The translations under genes were made by a program, and so were the position numbers. From positions 62,001 to 126,000 of the forward strand of contig CT868662.1 in assembly GCA_000165425.1 (NCBI GenBank): a stretch of DNA of 64,000 bases, given 5' to 3'. Below the pieces are notes generated by a model. It ran no database searches. It worked only from the letters and a program-made list of their open reading frames with translations, and had not been told where the DNA came from. Shown piece after piece: positions 14,758-29,453 of the stretch (positions are counted from its first letter, which is position 1; every line of letters begins with the position of its first letter). Origin of the DNA: Paramecium tetraurelia (lineage: Eukaryota).

Positions 14758-17700
14758 TCAACGTTTTTCTTTAATCTATCTGAGGTATGCCTGTAAAGAT
14801 TAGCAATTATTAAAAAGATCAACTGGAATAAGTGACTATATTTCTCTGGCTGTTTTGGATTCCGAATAAAACCTTGCTTGCAATGGAATCCAAATAACAA
14901 AATAGACTAGAACCGATATCACACAAAATATCATGAATAGAAGAGTAAATTGCAGTTATAAATCAGAATAATGAGAATATAAATAACTTTGTAATTCCTC
15001 TAATAATTGCATATGACACACTCTTATAAATACCTTTTGCATTTTTCTATTTGCATTGCCACCTCTTGTGTTATAAATATTACAAGTGTAGTTTTGACGA
15101 TGATCTGAACTGATATTGAAGGTTAAATTATTATAAACAGCATTTTTATTGTAATATTAGTATTGTTGTAGCATATTTTGAGCATTTTCAAAAAAGTTTG
15201 TTATTGCAATTGATAGACCTTCCTAAAGTATATTTTAATTAAAATTTAGGCAAGCTGTTGAGTTCACAGAGGGATCATTTGCTAATATGATATCACATGG
15301 ATTTAGAATGTAAATTTCATTAAACACCTGTTTATATCGATCTGATAGAATCAGTTCATTCTTTTAATTCAAAGCATGAAGTTCTGCATCCAAAAGCCTG
15401 ACTTCTTCCAATTCTTTTTCTAACTTCTCTTGTGAATTAAACTCATTAAACAAAATGGCGTTCTCATCGTAAAGCATCTCCTTAATACTATTATCAATCA
15501 ACCTATATTGTGTGGGCATAAATGATGTTAGATTCACCAAAGGAACAAGGGACTTAGTTTAATCAGTAATAGTCTAAATTATAATTGTATGAATATTTTA
15601 CAGTTGATGAAAAGTAGATGTAGGAAAAGTAGGAAATTATTAAAGTAAGAAAGAATAGGAAGTTAACTTGTACTTTTCGGTAATTGTTCATTTCGAATGT
15701 AGATTTTCTTTTTTTATTTTTGCTAGAGAATCCTAAGTTATAGTCTTATTCCTCTTGTACTTCAGCATCTTCTTCTATGGATTCAATCTCTGATAATAAT
15801 AACAATTACCTCATCATTTTCATTTAATTATAATAACTAAATAAAGATTTAAAATTAATTTATCATCTTTCTAATGTAGTTATCTCTAATCTCCAAATAC
15901 AAAGAGATAATCTCCTTTACAATCTTTTAATGGAAAAAGACATATAATTAAAAGAATAGAAATATGAATGAAAGGCAACAGATTTGTATAGTAAAAAATG
16001 ATTCCTCCTCTATTTCTAGATCGTCTATTAAACTTAGAATGTTGTAGTAATAATAAGCTTGTGAAACTAATTAATACTTCGGAATTGAATTAAGTGTATT
16101 GTGAAGATAATAGTGAAAATCCTCATTATCATCGACGTAAGCTGATATGTTCGAGTTATTTAAAGTGATAGCCTTAGATATCATTTATTCTATGGCTTAA
16201 GTAAAAGTGAAGTTTTGAAAATTATTGTTTTTTGTAAACATTTACACTGAGGCAGATTAAAAATCATCTAATACCTTTTGATATTTCTCGTTAATATTAA
16301 CGTTGGCGGAAGTTAAAATTTGATCAATTTCAAGTAAAATCTTCAATTCATTGTTCAATTCAGCATAATTGATTTGTACATACCTGCCTCCTGTAGTTTT
16401 CATAGTGTACTGCTCAAGATTCAAATAACAACCTCTCAAATCTTACAAATTTGATTAAATCTTTAGAATAGATGCAAATCTTTAATTAGATGCTGCTAAG
16501 TATGAGATTGCTGATTCAAATTAATTTTGAGTATTTATAATGACTTTGTACATCACAATAGCAATAACAAACATTAGAATCAATAAAGAATTCAGAATTA
16601 AAATGAGTTTCTTTAAAAGAGGAGAATAAGGAACACTCAAGAGATGATACATTAATTCTTCCTGATTATTTATCTTAATTTATTAAGGTTACTCTTTATC
16701 TTCTTCAAGTTGCAATTTCTAAGTTCGTTCTCTAATCTATTCTTCTTCCTCCTCGTCTTAATCTAGATCAATGATTTCCTTGATTTCTCCTTGAAACAAT
16801 CTCAATGTCTTGATATCATGGCCTAAACCTGATTACAATTTAAGATTAGTCATCGAAAGGAATTTCTTGCTTGGGATACTTTATTAGGTGTAAATAGCAA
16901 CCTTTGGTTCATCTTAGACATCGCTATCATTCTTATTAGATTCATATTAAGATGTTGATTGGCTGACATGCTCGACTAATATAATAAATTTAATATTACA
17001 GATGTAGGCGTTTTATTCAACTGAAAACTTGAATTGATGTTTGAAGATGTTCCTTTTGATTAGACAATAATCATCTTTCGTAGTGGCTGCTTCATTCATT
17101 TGTACTTTTAAGTAGTATCCGTAAATCTATTAGCGATAATCTCCTTAAGAAAACATGTAATTTTTGGTGGATATTTCGTATAATTATGCATAATACAACC
17201 GAGAGATACATGAGTCATTAAACTTTTCTTCATGATCTGAACTTTAACTTAATGAGTGCGTCTGATGTTCAAAAACAACCAAGTTCATTTTATTGATATA
17301 CTCTTCCTTGTTATACATTAAATAAGGGAACAACCTTTAAATTGTCAATTAGCGAATTTGCAATTGACGAATGTCCAAATTGAGTATAGATATGCAAGTT
17401 GCTGAAATGCTCTCTATTTTGCCTTCTAAATTAAAGATGATATATGCACAATTGTTATAACATTTTTCTTGTCTCAGTCTACAAAACTAAAATATACCTT
17501 TATCAGACATGTATATTGAGTTAATGCTAAAGGTCTACAGTATGTATTTATTTTTAGAAACCAAAAACTAAGATCTCTCTCCTGTTTCGTTTAGTTGATC
17601 AGGTCTCAATTAGGAAAAATATGATTCTACAAAAACACTATGCAATTTTTAATATCTATATTATTTATTTTTGATTACGTGCTTTATAGGATTAATGATA

Positions 17701-19702
17701 ATGGTTTTCCTATGACATCTGTTTTGGAGTAACCCAATAAAGAATGGAAAGCTTAATTGACATTCTTGATTATTGTTGGTTGATTTGGTTTACCAAATAA
17801 TTCCAAGACTATGACTGGATATGAATACATGCTTAGTTCATCTTGATTTTTTAGATATTAATGTTCTGATTATTGAGAAACTACTTTCTGCTTATTTGCT
17901 ATTTGAAAACCTTTATAATTTTCCAATTAATGAACATATTTAGAAAACTTCTCAATAAGTCTATAGATAGATGAATCTAAAGGAGTATTTATTTAAATTT
18001 TGAATAATTATTTTTTCAATAAATGAACAGATTCTAGTATTAATTTTCCATATTTTTGTATTGAGGATAAATTAGGATTTTCATCTAATAAAGTATTCCA
18101 GAATTAAATTTTATAATAGGCACATTCTTCAGCCAACTACTAAATTTGTTTATACTAGTATTTCATGCTTCTATCCAGAGTTTAAATGTATTTAACTTAA
18201 TTTGTTGTTGCTGATCTCTGGTAATTTTAATCGATAATCTTCCTCATCTTGAATATTAAAAATTGTTAAGCAAAAGATGGACAACACATATCGGCTTTAT
18301 CCACTTCTATTAATGCCTTCTAGCCCTACTCTAAAGTATCAAGAAGGAAATAAGAATAATGCAACTTTAAATCCACGTTAAGCGGATAGGTCTAAAGGCC
18401 AACCTAATAGATTTAATCTATAATTTCTTTTAAAATCATCCTTTTGTCTGTATATTTGAGGTTGTCTTTAAACTTTTTAGCGAGTTCGATAGATGTTTTA
18501 ATTGCACACTAAGGATTCAAGCAAGTCTGTTTATGGACTTCCAAGAAACCCAACACTAGAATTTCCTTATTTTTGTCTTTCTCAAAGCAATCACATAATT
18601 CAATCAAAAATTCAGAGAGTTAGATAATTTCTTAGCTGGATAGTTCTTAAATCATGTTTGATTTTAATAAGTTGACTGTTGACCTTTCATCCTACAGGAG
18701 AATAACCAGAAGCATAGGCATAGTCACAAGCCAACCCTTCATGGTACCTATAAATACTAGGTGTTCGAATGTAAATGTAGTTAATAGCATGAAATTGGTA
18801 TAAAAAACTAAACCGCTGATGGCTGACCAAATTTTTTAGACACTTCTATTATAAAAAGGCTTTTTGAATCTAATTTTGTAAAAGAAAAGGAAACTTGTGA
18901 GCAATTGAATGAGGATCACGATTACGGCATATTTGGGTAGTTCTATTAAGGAGTAGGAGAACATTGACAATGATACATACACAAACATAAATGTGTAGGT
19001 AGACCCTTCTCTTTGTGAAAATGTATTTTTTTGGTTATTTCTCACTTCAATAAATAATTATGATCCAATAATTACAATGAAGAACAAGACGGCCAATGAA
19101 AAGATAACTATGCAGGCATGAATAATATAACTGTCCTGCCAACAGACTTAATCGGTCGTGTAGAACATTCTTAATTCTCCTCTATTGTCTCTCTTACACA
19201 CCAAAAACTATATTATATTTTAAATATAGTACGCCCAAATGTAATCTCAAGATTTCAACAAATCCGGCCGTCATGATTAATTTTAATGTAACACTTAGGA
19301 CAAGCATAAGAAATTAATTATTAAGGAGTTATTTTAAGATGGTTGCCAACAACACAATAATTGCAATTAAGAGAACAATACTGATACCACAGTACATTGC
19401 TATTAGATAGACGGAAGTTTTCTGTTAGTTAAGCATTCTTATGGAAGTGAAATACTACAAAAACTTTTGGATTTCCCCTGATAATTTGACATTATGCCAT
19501 GCAAATTAAAGCTATATTTAAAAAGGAAAATATAAAAGCTGGATAAATTAGATAAAAGAGAGCAAGCAAGTGGTTTAAAAAGATTGGTTGTTTTAGCCAA
19601 TAATTTAGTACGCAACACTAGGATTATGAGAAATGCATACTTAAATAGTGACAGCTTCAATTAATCCCAAAGAGTTTATGTAAATTCCTATTTGAGACTC
19701 AT
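14758..19702 (-). CDS. Large multi-TM PAS-domain protein (TmcB/TmcC-like)
   Basis: ATG 19702 (MSLKQEF..); N-terminal TM bundle; PAS motif NVNQAFHSLLGYSKTDVIGKPL at ~17700-17765; C-terminal TM segments; ends ..QIKEKR-TGA. Confidence 0.8.
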
Positions 19703-19801
19703 ATCGAATCGTATTTACTTTTTTTAAAATAATGATAAAGCAATATTTTTTTGAATTGAGAAACCCTAAATTAATATTTGATAATTATTATAATAATAAG
19801 A

Positions 19802-22800
19802 ATGTTCAATCGATCCTCATCTGATGTAAATATTTCTTAAATAATCAGATTAGCCAATGAGATAAAATTGAGTATTTACAAGTAAAAAGACAAACATATA
19901 TATATTAGAGTGGTATACCTGATGATGAAACAGGGCGAAGAATCCCTATATGTCTCCATCTTTTTTTCGATCGTGTAATTCCTCCAATTAACCTACCTGG
20001 CTTTTGGATCTAAAATAATGTACGTGTGGAATAATGAAGGAGCAGCAACCGATCTCAGTAATATCCTTTCGTAATTATTTAAATAATCGATAAGATACTT
20101 CGTCATAAGCGCTCACTTGAAACACTAAAAATTCGAGCTCTACCTAGCCTTTTTTTACGCCTTTTTTGGATTAGTGGTCATATCAATTGCACTATTTGTC
20201 ATATTTGCATTCGCATTTAAGGTAGCAGTACTTCCCCTAATGATACTGAAATCATTGCTGAAACTATTTCTGACAATTGGCTTTCTCCCCATTATGCTCT
20301 TATTTTTTGGAGTACAAATATACCACTATTACTTTTTTAGATTCTTTCATGCAAAGTAAATAGCAATGGAATTGAGGTTTGGTCTTACAACGCAGACGTT
20401 GAATGTTGGGGGAACGATCATTACATCCACGCCATATTTGCAATCATAGCAATCCTACTGTTTCAGATACTGACCAGCACTACATGTTTAATTTATTTCG
20501 AGAGCAAATTTGTCTATGGAAATGCATTTGCCCAACGATCAGGAAGACCCTATTCCTATTATCACATCAACGTCTTCATCATCATCATGTCATATCAACT
20601 CCTTGAAACCCCAAGATTCAGCTCTCTCTTATTGGCCATTTTCACTATCTCAAGCTTTTTCCTCTTTTATTAAATTCACACAGAAAAACCTTTCTACAAT
20701 AAAGTCATCTAAAAATTGTGGTCCATAATCACTGCCTTGAATATGTGGACTTCCATTATGCTAATTTTCGCATATCTTTTGGAAGGCCAATTCTTTAGAG
20801 ATGTCATTTGGGGTTGGGTCGGAGGCATTCCACTCATTGTTTTGATCATAGTGAATGAGCAATTATTTGAAGTCGACTTATTGGGTTCAAATATCAATAG
20901 GGCAATATCAGGATAGCAGATCATCATACTATGCGAATATCTTCTATCCTTATTGGATAAGAATGATCAGCATTCGTCATTGATGTTAGATGGATTTATT
21001 GAAGTACACAAACAAACTTGTTATAGGAATGATTGCATATTAAAATTTAAGAAAAGTCTGAATGAAAAAAATAAATATGCTTCCCTTCACGACATGGAAA
21101 GATACACTGTATTCATAGAATTGATTAGCTAAATCTATTATGATGGCATCAAACAGTTCCCATAGGATGTCTTTTTGAGATTAAACTACTCATACTTCCT
21201 TATCGATAGACTTAAGTTGAAGTAGCAGGCCTTGAGTGAATTGCAATAAGCAGAATCTAGTGGTCCTAGTTTTGATCATGAATTCATCATCTATAGATAT
21301 AAAAGAATAATGGAAGACGATTTGCAGGAACAATAACAAGAGAATATTAATCAAGTTGATTTGGTCACTGAAATAGCCTTTCAGACTCAAAGCAAATAGT
21401 TAATATAGCAAATAGAGAAAACTTCTCTTATTTATATTGACTTTTGGGCTTAATTGCAGGAAGAGGTCCCAGACATTGGTAGAATCAACAATTTGGGATT
21501 TAAGATTTTGGATTCAGTAAATTTAGTTTAAGAATAGTGGAATAGATTAAAGCGACTAAATTAAAAGGCATCCAAACTAAATCGTTTGATGGGGAAATAC
21601 TACTCGCAAATTATGAATGATGAAGAAATGGGATAAAAGTTGATTCAATAAAGTCGAATGAATTAGAATGATAAGTTTAAAGCAATAGATTTAGAAGAAA
21701 TCCAAAACGAATGTCTACCAACAATAACTATATTGACTGATGTAGATAAGATTGGAACAATTAGTAATCTGAATAAAGCAGCCTGTAGTTTATTGGGATA
21801 TGCTAAAACTGACTTAGTTAATAGGAAATTAAATTTGATACAACCAGATCTGTAATTATAGATATTTAATTAATAGATTCTCGAAATACCATGATCATTT
21901 CCTGGAGAATTTTCTGGAAAAGTATCAGGACAACAATCCAAATTAATAGGTTAAAGAAAAATCGATTTACGTTAAGAATAAGTAGGGTTACATCATACCG
22001 TGTCAATTAAATATCAGAATGATATAAACTATTAATTCAGGTGTTTTTATGTGTGGGACTATTAAATAGGATATCTATCATAAACCTATAAGTATATTTT
22101 TGTGCTAAACTAATGGCATCATCGAAAATATCAATTCTACTTGCATCAGGATGTTTGGGTTGGAGTTGAAGTCAATTACTATTAAACCTGTTAACATTCT
22201 GGATATCTTTCCAGATATATTTGATCGTAAAGAAGAATTACTATAGAAAGCTGGTGGAATTTTAACTTACGTAATTGGAACTCGATCCTCTAAGACAAAT
22301 ACATCTCATAATTCATTACAAGATTTAGAAATAGAACATTCATAAATACTTGATCATTAGAATAAATAATAAATTTAGTTTTAATGCTACCTTTAAGAAA
22401 TTAAGTTTTAATGTATAGAAGATGAAATCATCCAAAATAAACTACAAGGGTATATTATAAAGTTAGACAAATTTAAATCTCCAGAGAAGATGTAATTGTA
22501 TACACAAAATAAGAGCATTTAAAATTAATTTCAATTTAAATTTAATTATTTAACTCTAACTTACGTACTGGATTTTGGAAACGGATTAGATTCCTAAGAT
22601 CCCACTGTAAAGGTTGATTAAAGTATTATTTGGGAAGATTAAACAAAAGTATCACAATAGGTCATAATTGATCCTCAGATTTAAGGAAGTGATTGCTAAA
22701 CAAATTATGCAGAGGGAATCAAAATCGTCAGATTAATTGGGGATCGGATTGTTGAGATAGAAGAATCCAAGTCAGATGAATATGAAGATGACAATATGCA

Positions 22801-24865
22801 GAGTCTCTTTTAATAGAATGAAAACAATGAGGACGATTAAAAGAATGAAAAAGATACCATCAATCTATATAGATCAAAAAACCAATTGGAATAATTGTTA
22901 TCTCAATCTAAGATACCTAGAACGGCAATCAACTTCAGAATATTCATAAATATAATGACATTAGTTTTGGTATTGATAACTTTCTTAGAATATTTTATCA
23001 ACTCTGATTTCAACTAGAAACTATTGGACTCTATGCCTTTGGTGTCATGGAACAACCAAAGATCCAGTACCTTAATGGGAATCTAATCAGTCATATAGGA
23101 TTTGAAAAGTGTTCATTATGACCAACTTCCTTTGTTGAAGGATCCAGAGGTAGGGTACACGATAATTGAGAAATAGTTTAGAGGCTGGTTTGATAAGGAA
23201 TTAACTTAATTGATTTAATTGTAGAAAGATTTGACTTTGGTTTCGGCTGAGATTAATGATGATTATAAATGGGTCTAGGATTATTATGAAATGGAAATTG
23301 TTGAAATGGTATCTTTGGAGGGAGGAAAATAAAATTATACTTTTAATGAAGCAGTACAATCTGCAATAGCTAAAGCGTTGTAAATCAATAGTAGTTCTTT
23401 GGATGAAATAAATGATCAGAATGGGGACGTTTATTATATTGAATATAATGTTTTCAACTCAATTACATAAAGTTTAACTATTCCAGCTGAATATTTTAAA
23501 TACAACATTATATCAAGAGGAGAAATATTAGAAACTTCAGTGACTGCATTTCTGACAGCAGCATGTATCATATTGTTTCTTTAGTATTTAATTCAATTAT
23601 ACTAGAATATGTTTGATTATTTTATTCATAATAAAGATCTAAGTAGTAAATTAAGCAGCATTGTAGTTATTCTTAGATCTCAATGAGAAAAAAATTAAGT
23701 CTATCTATGTTAAGTGTGAGAATTTCATCACAAGTCTTTAAGTTGGGGATGATGATGATGACGATGTAAAGAATACAATTAATAAATTTAGTAGTTCTTC
23801 TCCGACAATGATGACAAGGAAGAGGAGAATGAAAACAAAGAGAAGGAAAAAGAGGAAGGAGATAATTTATTGAATGGCAGAAAAAAGAGGAAGAAGTTTA
23901 GAAACTCCAATTAAAATTATAAGCATTTAATATTTGCTTTGTTATTGGTCATCGAAATAATGGCAGCCTATTTTATATATTTATTTGTTTCAGTCTAGGT
24001 AAATTCTACTTTATTATTTTTAGTCTGAAACTTCCGATATCATTGATTTAATACCTGTGTTTAATTAGACCTCCTTCGCAGAGTGCTATTACAGATATTC
24101 TGATAATGCCTTACGAAAAGCATTAGAAGTTGAATAGTACACTTTTGTTGGCAACTCCTCAGTTGAAGTTCTGAACTTTTTGATTGCTGAACTGTATAAC
24201 TTGGATGCAGCCATTCACTAAATCCATTCCTCAAATTCAGGCATTCTCAATTCAGACTACTTAGATGTAAAGATCATTTGAAATATTGTAGGTATTTAAT
24301 AATATCTTCATTTTAACACCTTGTGATTACATAGTTCAAATAGACACTTAAATAACCTATGACATCTGCTTAAACTTTAATGATGGAGTCTTGCAATAAG
24401 GATTATCTATTGGAATGGCCAAATATTTCGGAGAAGTTTTTTCGGCAAGTCCCTTCAACTCTTATTAAATGCCTACAATAAATCTTTTAAGATTATGACC
24501 TAGTTTACAAGATTTCTGAAAATAAGAGGACCAATTTTATGATGAATTTAGTAAATACTAATTAGGCTTACAATATGAGATTGATGCAGGAAAGATATAT
24601 AAAGGCTGCTTATTAGTATGTAAGTTAGGCCTTGATCGACTCAGTAAAGAACAGTGCATAAGACCAGAAGAATCTAAAAGTTGCACTATTTATCAGTTTC
24701 AATATTTTTCTGTTTTTTATTTACTTTTTTATATGGATTCCTCTTGTATTCCGTATTTTGAGTGATATGCTCAAGAATCGCTTAATGCTAACAATAATCC
24801 CATTACAAGTAATTCATAAAACTGCATCAATAAGACTATATATTAGAAAAATTATAAATCATTGA
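19802..24865 (+). CDS. Large multi-TM PAS-domain protein (TmcB/TmcC-like), divergent from 14758-19702
   Basis: ATG 19802 (MFNRSSSD..); TM bundle; PAS motif IGTISNLNKAACSLLGYAKTDLVNRKLNLIQP at ~21750-21850; ends ..IRKIINH-TGA; several tiny introns. Confidence 0.8.
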
Positions 24866-25204
24866 AATAAATTTATATATATATATCAATTTTTATATAA
24901 TGAGATATTCAAGAACTTAGTTGTATTTCCCTAAGAATTAAACACTACAGAAGATGAAAAATGTAATTCTCAAAATTTCATTCCTTATCTTTATTTTCTT
25001 TTCTAAAGATGAATATCTCATAATTTTACATCATTTGACCTTGAATCTAATAATCTAAAATAAATGTTTAAGTTTACAATTTATGTAATTTCTTCCATCC
25101 ACATAGATGAGTTATCTAGAATAGCGTAATTAAATTGCGTGTAATATATAAGAATAATTCTTACACGAACTGTTATTTTAATTAATTATTAAAAATATAA
25201 AAAT

Positions 25205-25210
25205 AAAAAA
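25205..25210 (-). terminator. Pol III oligo-T terminator of tRNA-Trp
   Basis: T6 run two nt downstream of the discriminator base on the minus strand. Confidence 0.75.
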
Positions 25211-25212
25211 TC

Positions 25213-25284
25213 TGAAGACTACGCGAATTGAACGCGCGACCCCTGGACCTGGAATCCAACGCTCTACCCCTGAGCTAAGCCTTC
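25213..25284 (-). tRNA. tRNA-Trp(CCA): tRNA-Trp (CCA), 72 nt, intronless
   Basis: Cloverleaf GAAGGCT TA GCTC-AGGGGTA-GAGC G TTGGA-TTCCAGG-TCCAG GGGTC GCGCG-TTCAATT-CGCGT AGTCTTC A. Confidence 0.97.
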
Positions 25285-25321
25285 AATGATAACATATTAT
25301 ACGATAAATTCATAATATATC

Positions 25322-26615
<1,294 letters not shown>

Positions 26616-26767
26616 ATATTAATACAAATTAATATCCACGTAAATAATTAAGAGCTTACGCATTATTATGATATTATTGGCAAATTTCGTCATTAAAATA
26701 TATATGATGATATTTTTAGAATAAATAATGACGATATTACGCATTATTTTATGAAACATCATAATAC

Positions 26768-27948
26768 TCAATACTTGTAATCGGCCACAAATAAGGACTC
26801 ATTGGAAGCTCCTCCCTTTCCTCCTTGGTATTTACCTAAGATAATAAAATGAATCTCCTACCTAATTAGGCTTCACTATTGGCCTTAGCTCTAGTTAAGA
26901 GAGCTTGTTAAGCAGCTTCCCAATTTTCTTATTTGCCAGCCCAAGTCTTAACGGCAGTGTTTTGAAGAGCTCTTCCATAAGAGAATGTAAGAGCCCATGG
27001 TTTTCTCACGGTAGTCAATTAATTCATGGCATTCAAGTTCAAAGATGCCTCTTCTTCTGATTATCCACCTGAAAGGAACTATTTTATAAATTCTAGATTC
27101 TTACAGTGACTCCAACAAGTGCAGGAGGAACTGTTCTACTCAAAGCCAAAGCTGTTCTATATCCAATTTCCTAGGGAGTGACCTTGCTTCTCTCAGAGTT
27201 TGTTGATCCTGGAGTGACCATATTGGGTTTAAGAAGACATCCTTCCAAAAATACATTGTTTTCATTCAAGGCCTTGAAGACAGCAGCCAAGACCTTTTCT
27301 GTGACCTTTTGGCACACTTCGATGGAATGATCACCATCAGCCAGGATTTCTGGTTCAACTATGGGAACAAGACCATTCTCTTGGCAGATGGCAGCATATC
27401 TTGCCAATCCCCAAGCATTTTCTTAGATGGCTTATTAGGATGGTAATCCATTGCCAATTTTCAAAACAGCTCTCCATTTGGCGAATCTGCAGCCAACTTT
27501 GTAGTGTTCAGCTGCCATGGTGGCCAATGAATCCAATCCAAGAGTGGCTGATTCATCTTGTGTTCCTGGAATTACTCCCAAACCCTTGTCTACTTTGATA
27601 CCAGCAACTATTCCTTTTTCCTTCAATAACTCGACAAAGTTCTTGCCTTCCTTTGTAGCATGTTTGACCTATAAATGTATCTAATTTAAAGTACTGTCTC
27701 TGAGAAAAGAATGACTCCACTGATGTAGTTTTCAATTCCAGGGGATGTGAACAACAATTCTCTATAGGCTCTTCTGTTCTCTTCATTGTTCTCCACATTG
27801 ATGGTAACAAACTTCTTTCCAATGGTTCCTTAAGACTAACAATTAAACCAGAATTTACTTCGTCTGCTGCCAAAATTCCCTTTCCTGGAGTGCAGATCTT
27901 TTATGCTGTTTCTGCCAATTCCTTTCTGTAGTCTGCTTTTTATTACAT
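26768..27948 (-). CDS. FBA: Fructose-bisphosphate aldolase, class I
   Basis: [37 protein letters not shown] (Schiff-base Lys), [10 protein letters not shown]-terminal Tyr; four tiny introns. Confidence 0.98.
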
Positions 27949-28009
27949 TAAGATATTTAAAATGAATTAATTTATTAAAATTTAATTTTCATTGATTCGT
28001 TATCAATAT

Positions 28010-29147
28010 TCAAAAATTAGGCTTCTAGAATCTACTTAATTAAAATGTTTTATATTTCTGAACTCCAGTCTCAAACATCTCCTCTAGAATCTCTCCCATC
28101 ACAATACAAAACTTAAATCCATCTATTATCTATAATATTATTGATACGTCCAGAACATGCACTCAAAATTATTGTACTCTTGGATCTGGGATCAAAATCA
28201 ATTGTAAAATTGTGATCTCTTGTGCTTGTATAGACACACGTCTCCACTCTCGATACTGCAGCATCTCTCAATTCTGGCATGTACTTTGTCAAGAATTATC
28301 TAATTATGTTAACACTCCCTTGTTCATTCTTGGTTTGGTCATACAAATCCGGATGCTCTAAAGACGGTCCAAAGTGATGCAATCCAATTTTCACTTCCCC
28401 ATTCACTCTTGGAAATCCATACACTTCTTATGAATTATTTTCACTAATGAAAACAGGCAACTTATCAAAGTTCTGATTATCTGTTTTGAAGAATACAACC
28501 TATTGCTTATATAGGCTGATATCCAAAGGGTATGTATTTTATAATCTCTTTAATCCCATTCCCAGTGATAAAATCAACTTTTTGGATCTAAACACTCCTA
28601 AATCAGTATAAACATGAACTTCATCTCCTTTGTACTCGTGATTGATGTATCTACAATTATTGACGACTTGTCCTCCTTGTGCTTTGCCCTAATTTATAAA
28701 GATGGATATTGCTATTTCTGGTCTCACAAACCCAGCTGATTTATCAAAGTAAAATGATTAGTCTGAAGATGTCTTGATTGGAAACTTAGATTCTACATCC
28801 TGATGTTACAGCTATTGGAGGTTTGGATTATTGAATTATGTTTGATTTCTAAATTGAGCATCACTCTAATCTCCAAATATAATTCCTCCTGAATTCACAT
28901 ATACTTATTCACTGGTTGAGTCTTGTAATTATCTCCATAATTCAAGGGATCTTCTGGCAATATCCACATATTCTCCAGAATAGCCCATTTCTCTTACAAT
29001 TCTTGTCTCACCATTATGAGACCCCTTTGTGTGAGGTGACACATATTATTCAATGCCTAAGACTTTGATTTTCCCAGAAAAATGTGAGAAGCAATTACTA
29101 CCATGAGATCCCAATCCTACAATAATTAAGTCAAATAAAGTATCCAT
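28010..29147 (-). CDS. Monomeric sarcosine oxidase / N-methyltryptophan oxidase / PIPOX-family flavoprotein, 370 aa
   Basis: DLIIVGLGSHGS Rossmann motif, GSHNGETRIVR, TCVYT (covalent-FAD Cys position), ACSGHGFKF restored by one 25-nt intron. Confidence 0.9.
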
Positions 29148-29453
29148 TTATTTTATAATAAATCAATTGTAATGTGATATTATATCAACCAATCTATAAA
29201 ATATTATTTATAACATAGAAATATAGTTCTAATCCAGATCATCTAGAGGTTGCAAATCTCGATGTTTTGAAATTAATTAAAAATCAATATGAGTTTTTAT
29301 AAGAAAAAAATTAATTTTAGGTAGGAATAGTGTAATAATATATGATAGTTTGAGTATATAGATGAATCTACAGGAAAAATTAAAACCTTACTTTCAATTA
29401 AAAACATTTAAATAAAACTTAGAAAGTCAATTAATTAATTGATATACTTATTA

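Noticed and set aside
26704..26770. Other RTGATGA box C-like motifs (26704, 14453, 48781, and 35261 on the minus strand)
   Set aside because: No suitably spaced CTGA box D or recognisable rRNA guide
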